Shown: positions 15,601 to 27,335, numbered from the stretch's first letter. The stretch is DNA of 64,000 bases from Macrostomum lignano (GCA_002269645.1 NIVC01002946.1:65131-129130), one strand, 5' to 3'. The notes: generated from the letters alone by a model not told the origin. A program made the numbers and translations.

Positions 15601-17690
15601 ACCGCTCATGTTCATCCTACATACTGCTCATGTTCATCCTGTATACTGCTCATGTTCATCCTACGTACTGCTCATGTTCATCCTACATACTGCTCATGTT
15701 CATCCTACATGCTGCTCATGTTCATCCTACATACTGCTCATGTTCATCCTACATGCTGCTCATGTTCATCCTACATACTGCTCATGTTCATCCTACATAT
15801 TGCTCATGTTCATCCTACATACTGCTCGTGTTCACCCTACATGCTTACTCATATTCACCCTACATGCTGCTCATGTTCATCCTACATACTGCTCATGTTC
15901 ATCCTACATACTGCTCATGTTCATCCTACATACTGCTCATGTTCACCCTACATGCTTACTCATGTTCACCCTACATGCTGCTCATGTTCATCCTACATAC
16001 TGCTCATGTTCACCCTACATGCTGCTCATGTTCATCCTGCATACTGCTCATGTTCATCCTACATACTGCTCATTTTCATCCTACATACTGCTCATGTTCA
16101 TCCTACATACTGCTCATGTTCATCCTACATACTGCTCATGTTCAACCTACATACTGCTCATGTTCATCCTACATACTGCTCATGTTCATCCTACATGCTG
16201 CTCATGTTCACCCTACATGCTGCTCATGTTCATCCTGCATACTGCTCATGTTCATCCTACATACTGCTCATTTTCATCCTACATACTGCTCATGTTCATC
16301 CTACATACTGCTCATGTTCATCCTACATACTGCTCATGTTCAACCTACATACTGCTCATGTTCATCCTACATACTGCTCATGTTCATCCTACATGCTGCT
16401 CATGTTCACCCTACATGCTGCTCATGTTCATCCTGCATACTGCTCATGTTCATCCTACATACTGCTCATGTTCAACCTACATACTGCTCATGTTCATCCT
16501 GCATACTGCTCATGTTCATCCTACATACTGCTCATGTTCATCCTACATGCTGCTCATGTTCACCCTACATGCTGCTCATGTTCATCCTGCATACTGCTCA
16601 TGTTCAACCTACATACTGCTCATGTTCAACCTACATACTGCTCATGTTCAACCTACATACTGCTCATGTTCATCCTACATACTGCTCATGTTCATCCTAC
16701 ATACTGCTCATGTTCATCCTACATGCTGCTCATGTTCACCCTACATGCTGCTCATGTTCACCCTACATGCTGCTCATGTTCATCCTATGCTACTCATGTT
16801 CACCCTACATGCTTACTCATGTTCACCTACATTCTGCTCATGGTCTTGATGACAAAGTAACTTTCAGAGTCGAGCATTGCAAAAGATTCGCAACACCTGC
16901 TGCTGCTCACCTCAGCCAAGTCGAACACCGACGGACCCGGCGTGAAGACAGCATCAGCCGAGCCTGACTCGAATGCCGTGGACATCGGCGCGTCCAGTCT
17001 GGACGGGACTGTGGCGAAGACCGGCTGGTTGAGGCGGCTGGTTGAGCCGAAGGACTCCATTGCCCTGCGGTACTGCAGCAGAAACTCCAGTTGGTATTCA
17101 CTGTCCAAATTTGTGAAAACTGCAATGTGGCATTGGGGACTGGTGGTGGCAGGTGGCTCATTGTGAGTAAAATTCTCAACTTGTTCAGATTTTATTATAA
17201 TTTAGCTATGCTTCTGCAACGGAAATGTACTCAAATCTGGTATGTACTCAGAAGCGTTTTGATGAAGATTACTCAGCATCTTCAATTGCATGTCAAACCC
17301 CAGGACTTACCTGAACTCTTTGTCCATCTCTGCCGTTGCGCAGCCGCCACCTGCTCGGTAGACTGGCAAACCTCAGCCTGGCAAGAGGCTGGAAATGAAT
17401 GTCAAACATAAATAGATATTTTAGTGCAGTAAATAAGCAGCTGCAGCCCCACAGTTGACTTCGCCACGCGACTTACCGCCGAACCAGCGCTGCAAAATGA
17501 TATTGCTAAGAGCAGCATTAATCCGCGATGAGGCATCCCAGCTGCTGTTGCTGCTGCTGCAGTTTCTCCCTGTTAGAGTTGGCTGCTGTTTTGAGTTGGA
17601 CAGAATGACCGCGCGAGCTGCGCAGCTGCTGGCATCTGCAGCCCAGCCGTGTCCGACCACGCTGGAGAGGATTAAAACTATGGACAGCAT
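6675..17690 (-). CDS. Single-pass membrane receptor with tandem Venus-flytrap (ANF_receptor, class C GPCR-like) ectodomains; 10 exons: 17690-17477, 17388-17311, 17179-16911, 15417-14857, 14035-13694, 12836-12453, 11500-11045, 10175-9312, 7623-7313, 6978-6675 (~1260 aa)
   Basis: Signal peptide MLSIVLILSSVVGHGWAA. VFT1 motif QAAYQLVTGLNWTYIAVVTS. Linker SECSGVCPNC. VFT2 motifs PGDYYIGVIAPV, IIDSC, GFVGALSSTSS, FGLPLVSYGSTS, YPSFARTV, DTDYGRS. One hydrophobic helix HLALLLLLLLLPAGICAGYFS, then a P/Q-rich tail. All nine junctions are GT-AG and phase-compatible; total 3783 nt is divisible by 3. A possible 5'UTR exon ends at 18127 (acceptor 17705-17706). Confidence 0.85.
7740..9115. repeat. 34-bp minisatellite, ~40 copies, VFT gene intron 8
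   Basis: Unit TTTTTGCAAGATTCTTTCCGAAATTCCCTCTCGA. Confidence 0.97.
10225..10965. repeat. 23-bp G-rich minisatellite, VFT gene intron 7
   Basis: Unit GTTGAGTGTCAGGTAGGGGGAGG. Confidence 0.95.
11510..12365. repeat. 24-bp minisatellite, ~35 copies, VFT gene intron 6
   Basis: Unit GTGTCAGGGAGGGTGAATGGCTCA. Confidence 0.97.
12900..13095. repeat. 29-bp minisatellite, ~6 copies, VFT gene intron 5
   Basis: Unit AGGTCATTTAGGGTCACCAGCCTTTTTCA. Confidence 0.93.
14130..14850. repeat. 15-bp C-rich minisatellite, VFT gene intron 4
   Basis: Unit CCCCTGCTTCCCTAC. Confidence 0.95.
15570..16830. repeat. 22-bp minisatellite, ~56 copies, VFT gene intron 3
   Basis: Unit CTACATACTGCTCATGTTCATC. Confidence 0.97.
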
Positions 17691-18752
17691 GACGGATGCT
17701 GATCCTGAGTCCGTTTAACAGAATCGAGTTGATGCAGCATGTGTAAACTGTGTAAACACCAACGTTTATACTTGACTAAACACAGCTGCCTCGCCAACTA
17801 CCTTGCAAAACACAAATGTACACTGCCAATTGTTCGAGAGATACCATTGTGCGCCCGGTTGTACAGTGAGCGTGTTCTCGCCCGAGTTTTACAGATCTTA
17901 TTGCTCAGCATCTCTTGTCGGAATTTTTATAGTCCTCTTCTTTTGCTGCGGCCCGCAATTTATAAATACTGCGCGCTGTAGTCTACAGGAAAATGTAGTG
18001 GAGTGAGAATTATTAAGAATCACAAAGGCCGCAGAGTTGCAAATTTCTATTCCGTTTGGCTCTAATTCAAGCTCGTAAATTGTTCCTTTTTTCAAGGCTT
18101 TAGGATCAGATGAAGTAAAACGTTACCTGCACCAGCGATGCTGTGTATATAGCCCTGGCTTGAATATCCCCTATTGGGTTTACATGTACGTACATGTACG
18201 TGTGTCTTGAGGATTAGTATATGTAATGCAATTCATATGTACAGTATAACGGTGAAATTGGGAGAAGCCTGGTGAGATATACATAATTACGAGCTAAGTG
18301 TTTGTCAACTTAGTTTGTTATTGTCCAATTGCTGGTGGGACAAATAACGAAGAATGAACTAACACTTGGCAGAGGCTAGCTATATTTAGCAACAGGCGGC
18401 CAGTGAAAGTTTTAATATTATATGTGAAACTATTAATATTAATCTGTACGAACCCTTCTATGAATAAATACGCACACAAGCACAAAGTAAAACGGCCCAA
18501 TTGGGGGCCAACACACGCTGAAATACACAGGGAAAACAGGAAATAATGCAATTTTTGTCAGTTTATGTGCATAAATCTGACAGTTATGTTAGCATACTTT
18601 TTCATTGTCTGGAATATGCATTTGCAAGTTGCACATGCACATGTATATTATGATTATATCAGATCGCAACAACTACATGCACGTACACTAAATGTAATGT
18701 AACGTCTGATGCAGACATGTACGTATAATGTACTGTACATAGGCGTGCACAG

Positions 18753-21034
18753 TTAGCTTAACGTCAGCAATGCTTAAGCTCACTGAGAGGCTTATTCTCT
18801 GGCGGCTGCTCTCCTGCGAGCTGACAGCGATGCCCCTCAGCAATAATCAGCACGCCTTCCGTACCGGGAGGTCGACTGACAGCGCCCTGCATGCGATTGT
18901 CGAAAAGATTGAACGGGCGGTACTGGGTGACGGTTACGCCCTGGCTCTCTTTCTTGACATTGTTGGCGCCTTCGACAACGTTATCTTTGAAGCGTTTCAG
19001 AGGGCCCTTCAAAATCGCAAAGCTCATGCTACCCTCATACGGTGGATCATGTACATGATCTCCAACCGTACGGTCACTGCCCAACTTCTTGGGCAAACTG
19101 CCTCCACCAGAGTCTGTAAGGGTGGACCCCAAGGCGGAGTCCTCACCCCGACGCTCTGGAACCTGGTCATGGACGCTCTTCTGAGTGACTCCCGACCTGA
19201 CCCCGTCTTCAAAGTCGGGTATGCTGATGACGTCACGGCCATTGTGGCAGGACCGTCTCCCAGCACGCTCAGGGATCTGATGCAGAGCTTTATCCGCAAA
19301 GCAGAATCCTGGGCCAATGACAATGGTTTGGAACTCTCTGAGCCCAAAACCGTTGCCATTATGTTTACCAGCAGACTACGCTGGAACATACGTCCTCTGC
19401 AGCTCTACGGCAGAGATATTGCCTTCGCGCACCAGACCAGATGTCTCGGGGTCACACTTGACCACCGGCTCAACTGGTCCTTCCACGTGAAAGCAAAAGC
19501 TAAGCGTGCCTCAGCCATCCTGGCCCAGCTCCGACGAGCACTTGGCACTTCTTGGGGTCTATCCCCAAAGCGGCTTTGGTGGATCTATACTTCCGTAGTT
19601 AGACCTGCCATTACGTACGCCTCTGTTGTCTGGGTTAGCGCTACCCAGGTCAAAAGCCATGCAGACCTGCTCAACACGATCCAAGGCAGAGCGTGTAGGC
19701 TCATCTGCAACGCCACCAGGTCCACGCCCTTTGCTGGCATGGGGGCCTTTCTTAATCTTCCGCCTCTTGACCTCTTCATCAGGGGTGAGGCGGCTAGAAC
19801 GACGCGGCGTCTAATTGATGCCGGCGTCAAATTCATTTACATGAGAGCACCTGCTAAGCGGAACCTTGTCCCGCATAGCGATCTGTGCCTCAACTTTCTC
19901 AACGAGTGTCAGGCCAATCGCGTCTTCACCGATGGCATTGCCTCAACGCTCAACCTGAGACAGCGCTACTCCGTAGCTATCGACTCGCGCGATAACATCA
20001 ATGACCATTGGAACCCTGGTGAGCTTCATTGCTACACCGACGGTTCTAAGCAGTCAGCCAACACCGGCTTTGGTGTTGGAATCTTTCTGAACGGGAGGGT
20101 CATCGCTACCCACGCTCAATACACTGGGGTCAACTCCAGTGTTTTCCAAAATGAAGTTCTGGCCATCAGCTCCTGCACTGCAGAGCTTCTCGCCACTGGC
20201 GTTACTGGTAAGAACATCATTTTCCATTCGGACAGCCAAGCTGCCTTGCACGCCATCAGTGGCTGCAGCACCAACTCTGCTACAGTCCTTGACTGTATCA
20301 AACTCCTCAATGTGTTGGGTTCCGCCAACAAAATTACCCTTAAGTGGGTTCCGGGGCATGTGGGGATCCGAGGAAATGAGTTGGCTGACACCCTTGCAAA
20401 AGTTGGTGCCTCCGGCTCCTCTCTCGGCCCCGAACCTCTTGTCCCGATTCCTGGCTGTGTCATCGACTCGCGCATCAAAGCGTGGATCAGGACTCAGCAC
20501 CGCTCGACTTGGGCGAACCGCACGAACTGCAGGCAATCCAGAGGCGCTGTCCCTCAGCCCTCTCACCAGCTCCGGAAGCTCCTCTTGCGCCTCTCGCGCA
20601 GAGACATCCGGGCTGCCACCATGACCCTCTCTGGTCACGGCTGCTTCTCCAGGCACCAGTACCTGCAGGGCAACGCCACCAACGCCACCTGTAGTTTCTG
20701 CAACTCAGGTGACGAAACCGCTGAGCATTTCGTCAGCATCTGTCCCGCCTTCACGCGGGCCAGACTCACTTACCTCGGGCCACACACATCTATTACTGAA
20801 GCGTGCAAACCCGAAAACTTTAATCAGCTCATGCGCTACCTTCGGGCCACCCGCAGGGCTGAACTCTCCTTTCCAGAGAGCACCATAGCTGCTGGCGACA
20901 CTGGGGGACCTCCCTGGGCGGCGCCAACCCTCCGTCCATAGCGACGCGTCGGCCGTTCAGGGACTAGCGGAATGGGCGCCCGCGCCTTCCCGCTGTGTCC
21001 CCTCCGGGACAGCCCTGCAGCTAAGTCTAAGTCA
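18753..21034 (+). mobile_element. 5'-truncated non-LTR retrotransposon with RT + RNase H + C-terminal CCHC knuckle (LOA/I-group-like)
   Basis: 12-bp TSD AGGCGTGCACAG at 18741-18752 and 21035-21046. The 3' end carries (CTAAGT)2. The element starts mid-RT at (I)SLTSAMLK. Confidence 0.93.
18770..20941 (+). CDS. Partial pol ORF of the non-LTR element (RT C-terminal part, RNase H, Zn knuckle), 723 aa uninterrupted
   Basis: QHAFRTGRST, FLDIVGAFDNV, GGPQGGVLTPTLWN, YADD, LGVTLDHRLNW; RNase H CYTDGSK, FQNEVLAI, SDSQAAL, WVPGHVGIRGNELADTLAK; CSFCNSGDETAEHFVSIC. Confidence 0.93.
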   Translation: MLKLTERLILWRLLSCELTAMPLSNNQHAFRTGRSTDSALHAIVEKIERAVLGDGYALALFLDIVGAFDNVIFEAFQRALQNRKAHATLIRWIMYMISNRTVTAQLLGQTASTRVCKGGPQGGVLTPTLWNLVMDALLSDSRPDPVFKVGYADDVTAIVAGPSPSTLRDLMQSFIRKAESWANDNGLELSEPKTVAIMFTSRLRWNIRPLQLYGRDIAFAHQTRCLGVTLDHRLNWSFHVKAKAKRASAILAQLRRALGTSWGLSPKRLWWIYTSVVRPAITYASVVWVSATQVKSHADLLNTIQGRACRLICNATRSTPFAGMGAFLNLPPLDLFIRGEAARTTRRLIDAGVKFIYMRAPAKRNLVPHSDLCLNFLNECQANRVFTDGIASTLNLRQRYSVAIDSRDNINDHWNPGELHCYTDGSKQSANTGFGVGIFLNGRVIATHAQYTGVNSSVFQNEVLAISSCTAELLATGVTGKNIIFHSDSQAALHAISGCSTNSATVLDCIKLLNVLGSANKITLKWVPGHVGIRGNELADTLAKVGASGSSLGPEPLVPIPGCVIDSRIKAWIRTQHRSTWANRTNCRQSRGAVPQPSHQLRKLLLRLSRRDIRAATMTLSGHGCFSRHQYLQGNATNATCSFCNSGDETAEHFVSICPAFTRARLTYLGPHTSITEACKPENFNQLMRYLRATRRAELSFPESTIAAGDTGGPPWAAPTLRP

Positions 21035-21728
21035 AGGCGTGCACAGGTATGTACACAGTCCTTGTCAGATTAATCTTGCGGCCGATGCAGTTATTTATTT
21101 CTATCTAGCAGATTTCATTCTGTGCACAAAATATAGTTCGTAATTAATTCCACGGTCGAAGTACGAAAGCAGCCAGACGCGAACACCAACGTAGGGAACG
21201 ATCGGCGCACAAAGCCATCAAGAAAGCCCTATAAAAAATGTACTTAAATGGATGGCTAAAACGAATTTATTTTGACGCAAAAAGTAAAACAAACGATCAA
21301 AAACAATTAACGGAAAGCGAAACAATTTATATATAAAAGATAAAAAAGAAACCACAAAAGAAAAAATTGGCTCTGTGCAAAACAAACAAGGCGAGCGAAA
21401 ACAACGCGAGGCATTAAAACCATCGGGGTGGTGGGTGTGCGCGGGGTAGAGAGACGGGAGCTAGGAGCTAGGGCCACGATGGAGGGAGAGAATTAGTACA
21501 ATTGCACACAATTAGGCGTACGGACAGAGCATGAATTAAGGGAGAGAGGGCAAACGTGTTGGTGCCCTACCGGTTATTAAACCACCGTAAACGTCACCCT
21601 AAAAAGGGCTCGCTAACGGGTAATGCATGTGTGAGCAGCAGCCGGGGAGCATTCCCCACGATTGATTAACAGCTGCCTTGTTAGAAAGTGTATGCATCTA
21701 CGTGCTTGTAACGTCGAAAAGCAGGTTA

Positions 21729-21912
21729 TTTCACAAGGTAAAAATTTACAACTTCGAAAACTTTAGCAAGGGACTTCATAAGCTTGAAATTTCACATCGA
21801 AAGCTGAAAGTACAAGAACCATGAGTGTGTGTGTAGTTTTCATGTTGTGAAATTTCGACCTTCTATGAAGTCCCTTGCTAAAGTTTTCGACGTTGCAAAA
21901 GTTTGTTGTGAA
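21729..21912. mobile_element. Short foldback/MITE-like element (~185 bp)
   Basis: TCGAAAACTTTAGCAAGGGACTTCATA (21754-21780) is the reverse complement of TATGAAGTCCCTTGCTAAAGTTTTCGA (21864-21890). GAAATTTCACA/TGTGAAATTTC and the outer TTTCACAA/TTGTGAAA also pair. Confidence 0.7.
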
Positions 21913-23266
21913 ACACTTATAACTTATGTGGAAATCAGAATATATTTACTATTTAGTAAAGTAAAATATTTTTAGTGGCTTAAATAGTTGAAATATATAA
22001 AATGCTTTGTTTTACTCAAGTAAATACAGAAGCAAAAATTTAACTTATAATTTTTTACCGGTTTAAAACCAGATTTTCCAGGTATTATTAGATCAACAAC
22101 AATGCAATAGGCAGTGCTAAATTTTATCAGATTAGTAACCCGATGATCGTACGCTGCTTCTATACGTCTGTATGACTGTCTGTATTAAAACTGCAGTTTT
22201 TTACTCAATATCGACACAGCAGCACAGCACAGGCAGATGCATAAACTATTAGCCAAACTATTACTAGGCCACTAGGGGCCTATGACAATCACGATTCACG
22301 TCACGCTGAAGTTGAAAGGATAGGCTTCTGTAAGGCGCTCTATTAGTGGCATATTAGTTTTCGTCTTTAATCTAAATGTAAGGTAGCTATATATTGTTTT
22401 GAACCGTTTAAAATATTGCTTGTAATGCAATAGTTTTTTAGTTTTTAGGCTATCACGTGTGATTAGTAATAATCTTGCCCTTAAAACTAGGCCTATTCTA
22501 GATAGATTCTCATTTGACACGACAATCAAAAGATTAACTCTTGCATCCATTTACAAGAAATATAAAAACAATCACAACTTATTGCTTCTCTATTATGGAG
22601 TCAAAAAATTCTGCTATTGCACCTAGTGTTGATGATAATCATGATACTAATAAAAATGGTAAGTATTTATTTAATTAATTTAATAATAATAAATTAGACC
22701 TAATGCCCTAAAAGGCCCAGGCCTAATAATCGATAAAATTGGCAAAATCTGCCTATTAATTAGGCCTAGGCCTAATAATCATTTGTCTTTAAAGCCTCTA
22801 GGAGGTTTGAACTTTATAATAATTTTTAAAGTATAATTGTTTTTTTCAGACTTCTTGAATTTTAGGTATGTAATAGGCCTAGTAACATATAAAATACTTT
22901 CAATTTTCCAATTTCTTTGAAACTTTTGCCAGGCCCAGAGTCTTAGAGAGTGGTCAAAATGATATTTTGATAGGCCCTAATGAAGCAAAAAACTGCAAAA
23001 AATATCTATAGGGATAATACAAGCTTGATTTGTTAATTTTCTATGTCTCTTTCCAAAGGTAACCATAACTGTTGATATTAATTATTTTTGATAAGATTAG
23101 GCCCTATTTTCCTGTGTAAATGTTTGATCACTTGCTGAATTTTTAATTTAAGCTTCATTGAAATTTCTCTTTAGCCAAGTTTAGGACCCCTAATTGGTAT
23201 TGGAATTTATTTACCTAATCTTCAATAGACCCCTATTGCCTCTATTGAAGTTTAGGTAAATAAAAT

Positions 23267-23933
23267 GGTTGACGGTCATTTCGTCTGCCGCCTTTTCGTC
23301 TGCCGCCTTTTCGTCTGCCAATATACGATATAGTCGTTTCGTCTGCCAATATATATAATATATAAATCGGAATAACTAATTATGTCATCAAGCTTCGCAT
23401 GGAAGTGTAATGTAAATGTCTTATTAATTCTAATTTATTATAATGCTAGGATTTTTCTGCAAGTTCCGGAGCTAATATGTTGCATATATATAAATACACA
23501 AAGCCAGAAGCAAATATCTCCAAGTTCCAACCGTTTAGTTTTCTTTCTTACTTTTTTTTCGTGTATGTAAACTCATATGCAATTTATTCACGAATACAAG
23601 TAGCTTAAATGCACAAAGTGTAAAATGTAAGGAGCAATCGAAATTGTAGGCACAGAAAATGTAAACTCATATGCAATTTATTCACGAATACAAGTAGCTT
23701 AAATGCACAGTGTTAAAAAAAGGTAAGTTAGGTTTCGTAGAAAATGAAGAAAAACAAAATGTATCAATATAAATAAGAAAACATACTTTAAACTTGCTTA
23801 TACTAATTTATTTTAATTCCCTACATAAAAATTACGAAATAAGTGAACCAAAATAAACATAAATAAAAAAGTCGTTTCGTCTGCTAAAATTCTTTGGCAG
23901 ACGAAAAGGCGGCAGACAAAATGACCGCGGACC
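23267..23933. mobile_element. Non-autonomous DNA transposon (MITE, 667 bp) with ~38-bp imperfect TIRs and 8-bp TSD
   Basis: Left end GGTTGACGGTCATTTCGTCTGCCGCCTTTTCGTCTGCC; right end GGCAGACGAAAAGGCGGCAGACAAAATGACCGCGGACC. TSD AATAAAAT at 23259-23266 and 23934-23941. Subterminal TTCGTCTGCC repeats; AT-rich non-coding interior. Confidence 0.85.
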
Positions 23934-25445
23934 AATAAAATCAGTCCCTATGAAGATTATTCCCAATCTAAAAACCCTTTATTTCTCATGCCCCAGTTGT
24001 TAATGATTGTCAGCCCTCCTTGATACTTGTCCCTGGTCCCCCCTTCCCTAAGACCTGCCTCCCCCCCCCCTGAGACCTGCCTCCTTCCTCAGTCTCTAAA
24101 TTGATCTACCTAATCATCAATAGACCCCTATGTCTCTATTGAAGTGTTTAGCTTTATTTGATATATAAAATCAATCCCTATGAATATTCTTTCTACCCTA
24201 AACCCCCCATTCCCCAATGCCCAATGGTTGGCTTTATGCTATAAAAAATGAAGCTCAAATTTGAAATCAGCACTATCAAAAACCTGAAAACAAAATTCTA
24301 TCCTGTTTTAGATCAACTATTAGATTATTTATTTTGTTATAGGTTTGGCATTATTTTAGACTTAGAAAAATGGTTTCAATTTGGCATTGGAAGTCTAAAT
24401 CCAAGATGCCAAAATCAAAATGAAAGTCAAGATACCATGGTCCATAGTTTGGATAACTCTATGTACCCTAAAAAACAACCCATTTTTTGGTATCCACCAA
24501 TGTATGCCAAATATATTACTTTATAAAAAGCTTCATATCTTCAATTTTGAAATGTTACTATTAGACTAGTGATTTTGATATTTAATTTCAATTAAATAAA
24601 GTTCAAATGTTACAGTGATAATTAGATTAGTATAATGTTTTGTATATATAGTAAAACAAAAATAAAGTTGACGTTTTATTGAAATTTTAAATCCCTACCT
24701 TTTAAAAACATAGAAAACAGTTTTGTATTAAATAGTTTTCAAAGTATTCAAATATTAACATTTTTAAATATTTATTAATTTATTAATAATTTTTTTAATA
24801 TTTTAATATTAATTTTTTTAAATAACAAATTATTTAATCATTGCCTTGTTTAAAACTGTTAGCCCTAATAATTTTATTATAGACAATATATAAATTTTAC
24901 ATTTTAAACTTAGTGATAAGCTTATTTGATTGACAGTAGAGCAAGACTACTAACTAGCTAACTACTACTAACTAAACTACTGGTGGGGTGCAGTGCATGC
25001 TAAGAGGTAGTGTAAGGTTATATACAAGTGTTACAGGATAGGCAAGCAGAAAAGTAAGCTGCAACTAGCAATAGACAATAGCTCAAGAGCAAAGGCATAG
25101 GGGGCTACTGACCAGCCACATATAGTAGATGCAGCAACTTATCTGCTAGTAAATGGAAATGGTTGTGGGCATAGTTGCAGAGCTATAGGATATTTTTGTA
25201 GTTACAGATAAGGATATAGATATAGATAAGGCTGAAATTACTTTTTGTAGATATAGATATGGATACAGATTAGTTTTTTATTAGAGGCAGGGGGTTGTGT
25301 GCACCCTGGCGCACTTTATGCGACATAGGCACACAACTGGCAAGAGGCATTACTGCCCATTCCGCCGACTCCCCTGAGCAGGCATACAAGCGCGCAGATA
25401 CGTACACAGGCACACACTCACACAGGAGTGTACAGTGGCCCTAAC

Positions 25446-25639
25446 TTTATTTTATTGTTAGGCATGTACACTTCACTGCGCCTTAGGGGGTTGGCTCTCA
25501 AGGCCGTTAATTGCACAAGCAGAGCCAAGCCAAGATTTCAATTCAGCCCCAAATTAATGTGACTGCACTTGGAATCAAGCCTGGGTCGCTAGCACACCAG
25601 GTCACCAGAGCAGCTGCGCTACTGCTGGGCTACGGCCCC
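25446..25639 (-). mobile_element. Degenerate tRNA-derived SINE
   Basis: Minus strand begins GGGGCCGTAGCCCAGCAGTAGCGC (A-box-like), has CCAGGCTTGATTCC (B-box-like) and ends in AATAAAATAAAG. No TSD found. Confidence 0.5.
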
Positions 25640-26974
25640 CTCTATATGGATACAGATAAGGCTACAATAACTTTTTGTGGATATAAATATAGAGTATAGG
25701 AACTTTTTAGATGTGGTGGAACTCTAATTTATTATAATCTAAATTCATTTAAGGTTTTCTAGGGTCTATGTGCCATAGCCATAAGCAAAACTATAGCTTA
25801 TTCCAATCCAATTCTCCATATTCTGTAGCCATAGAGACCCCAATATTACCACATTCCTGTAGTTCCCATAGCTATAGTTTTAACAAAAAATCTAGGAAAC
25901 AAAATATTTTGAATCAAGAAAATAACCTGGTGCTTAAAAACTGCAAATTAGGGTAAAAAATACAACAAACACTCAATTGTCTCTGTAAGATTATATTTTA
26001 TCCTTTTTACAAAGAGTAACAATACTTAATCACTACTGAAAGTACTAATGCTGAACTTTTTCGCATTGATAAAAGTTAGCATTTGCTAGTGTTTTACTTG
26101 TATTGTACTTTATTTGGTATATCCTATAAGTTTCTAAGTCTATAATACAATTTACCAAAGTATCTTTGTTTTACTCTACCTGTTTCTAATATTTTTTAGA
26201 GACAACAGAATAAAGGAATCTACGGAATGTGACAACAACTACCATATTTCTATAGTCCTAGCCATAAGAGCAGCTATCTACTGTAGGCATATCTATAGTT
26301 GCCATAGGCACCTGTTTTACCAAATTTGCCATAAGATCCTGTAGTTGTAGCTGTAGCTGTGGTGGAACAGTAGTTTATAACCATCTTATAAAATTATTGT
26401 GAATAAAAATTTAAGTAATTTATATAAGCATAAATATAAAGGCAAATTTTCCATTAAAATACCTGTAATTTGACCATTTCATATGGGAGAAGAAAGACGC
26501 TTTAATAAAGTCTTGTCTACTTAGTTTTCAGTAGTTTGTAAAGGATTGTATGGCTGAAATCTAGTACATTGATTCCAATCTTGTTATTGGGATGCAAAGC
26601 TGCCTACCTTGCCATTGGCTAAGGGATTTAGGGGAGAGAGGTGACTGCGGTTAGACATGCACTGACAGAGCAGGTCTGGAATTTATAAAAGTAGACAAAT
26701 GGACTGAGGTTCTGGTAATTCGTCTCCTACTTGTCTTTCGCATCTAAATGGGAGCTACTGCTTGATTTTGTTGCCAAATTTCTCTGTCTTATATCGCTCG
26801 TCAACAACTGTTGACTGACAGCTCAACTGCTTCAGCGGCTCCTGCTACTATGTACAACAAGATTAGCAACGATGTTATTTATGAAGAAGAGCTTGATAAT
26901 TTCACTGAATCCATTTTGACCTTGCCCGTGTCTGTTAGTCTGCCAGGTAGGAATTGCCAAGTCCTCAGATTTCA

Positions 26975-27335
26975 GTTAAATCTGTAGACTATCTATCAAT
27001 CAATTGGTCTGTAGACTGTCAATCAACTTTCTGTAGACTGTCAAATGACTGTAGACTGTCTGTAGACCGTCTGTAGACTTTCAATCGACTGTATCAACTG
27101 TCTGCAAACTGTCAATCGGCTTTCTGTAGACTGTCTGTAGACTTGCAAACTGTTAATCGGCTTTCTGTAGACTGTCTGTCTGTAGACTGTCTGTAGGCTG
27201 TCTGTAGACTGTCTGTAGGCTGTTTGTTGACCGTCTGTAGACCGTCAATCAACTGCCTGCCGACTGACAGTCGACTTTCTGTAGACTTTTAAATGACTAT
27301 AGACTGTCAAACAACTGTCTGTAGACTGTCAATCA
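26975..27335. repeat. Degenerate ~12-bp repeat
   Basis: Recurrent CTGTAGACTGT motif interleaved with TCAATC. Confidence 0.75.

Noticed and set aside
16827-16910. Extension of VFT exon 3 (VSSSRCCESF...)
   Set aside because: A strong GAG|GTGAGC donor at 16911 gives the correct phase, and read-through ends in TAG.
15495-16967. Cys/His-rich 430-490 aa ORFs in three frames
   Set aside because: Artefact of the 22-bp array in VFT intron 3; not a metal-binding protein.
6675-17690. Calling the VFT gene a metabotropic glutamate receptor or a guanylyl cyclase receptor
   Set aside because: No nine-cysteine domain plus 7TM and no kinase-homology or cyclase sequence is found downstream of the single TM.
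19024-20694. Antisense ORFs over the retroelement; likewise over GC-rich exons (9123-9928, 31945-32472, 39514-40116, 53782-54414, 59246-59986)
   Set aside because: Shadow ORFs caused by GC-rich codon usage of the real sense-strand CDS; no recognisable motifs.
21050-21720. Possible solo LTR or LTR-PBS fragment
   Set aside because: There are TGTAAC and TTGGTG-like hints but no paired LTR, TSD or clear TG..CA boundaries.
22000-27000. Short ORFs in the AT-rich intergenic region
   Set aside because: Under 100 aa, no motifs, and composition unlike the real exons.
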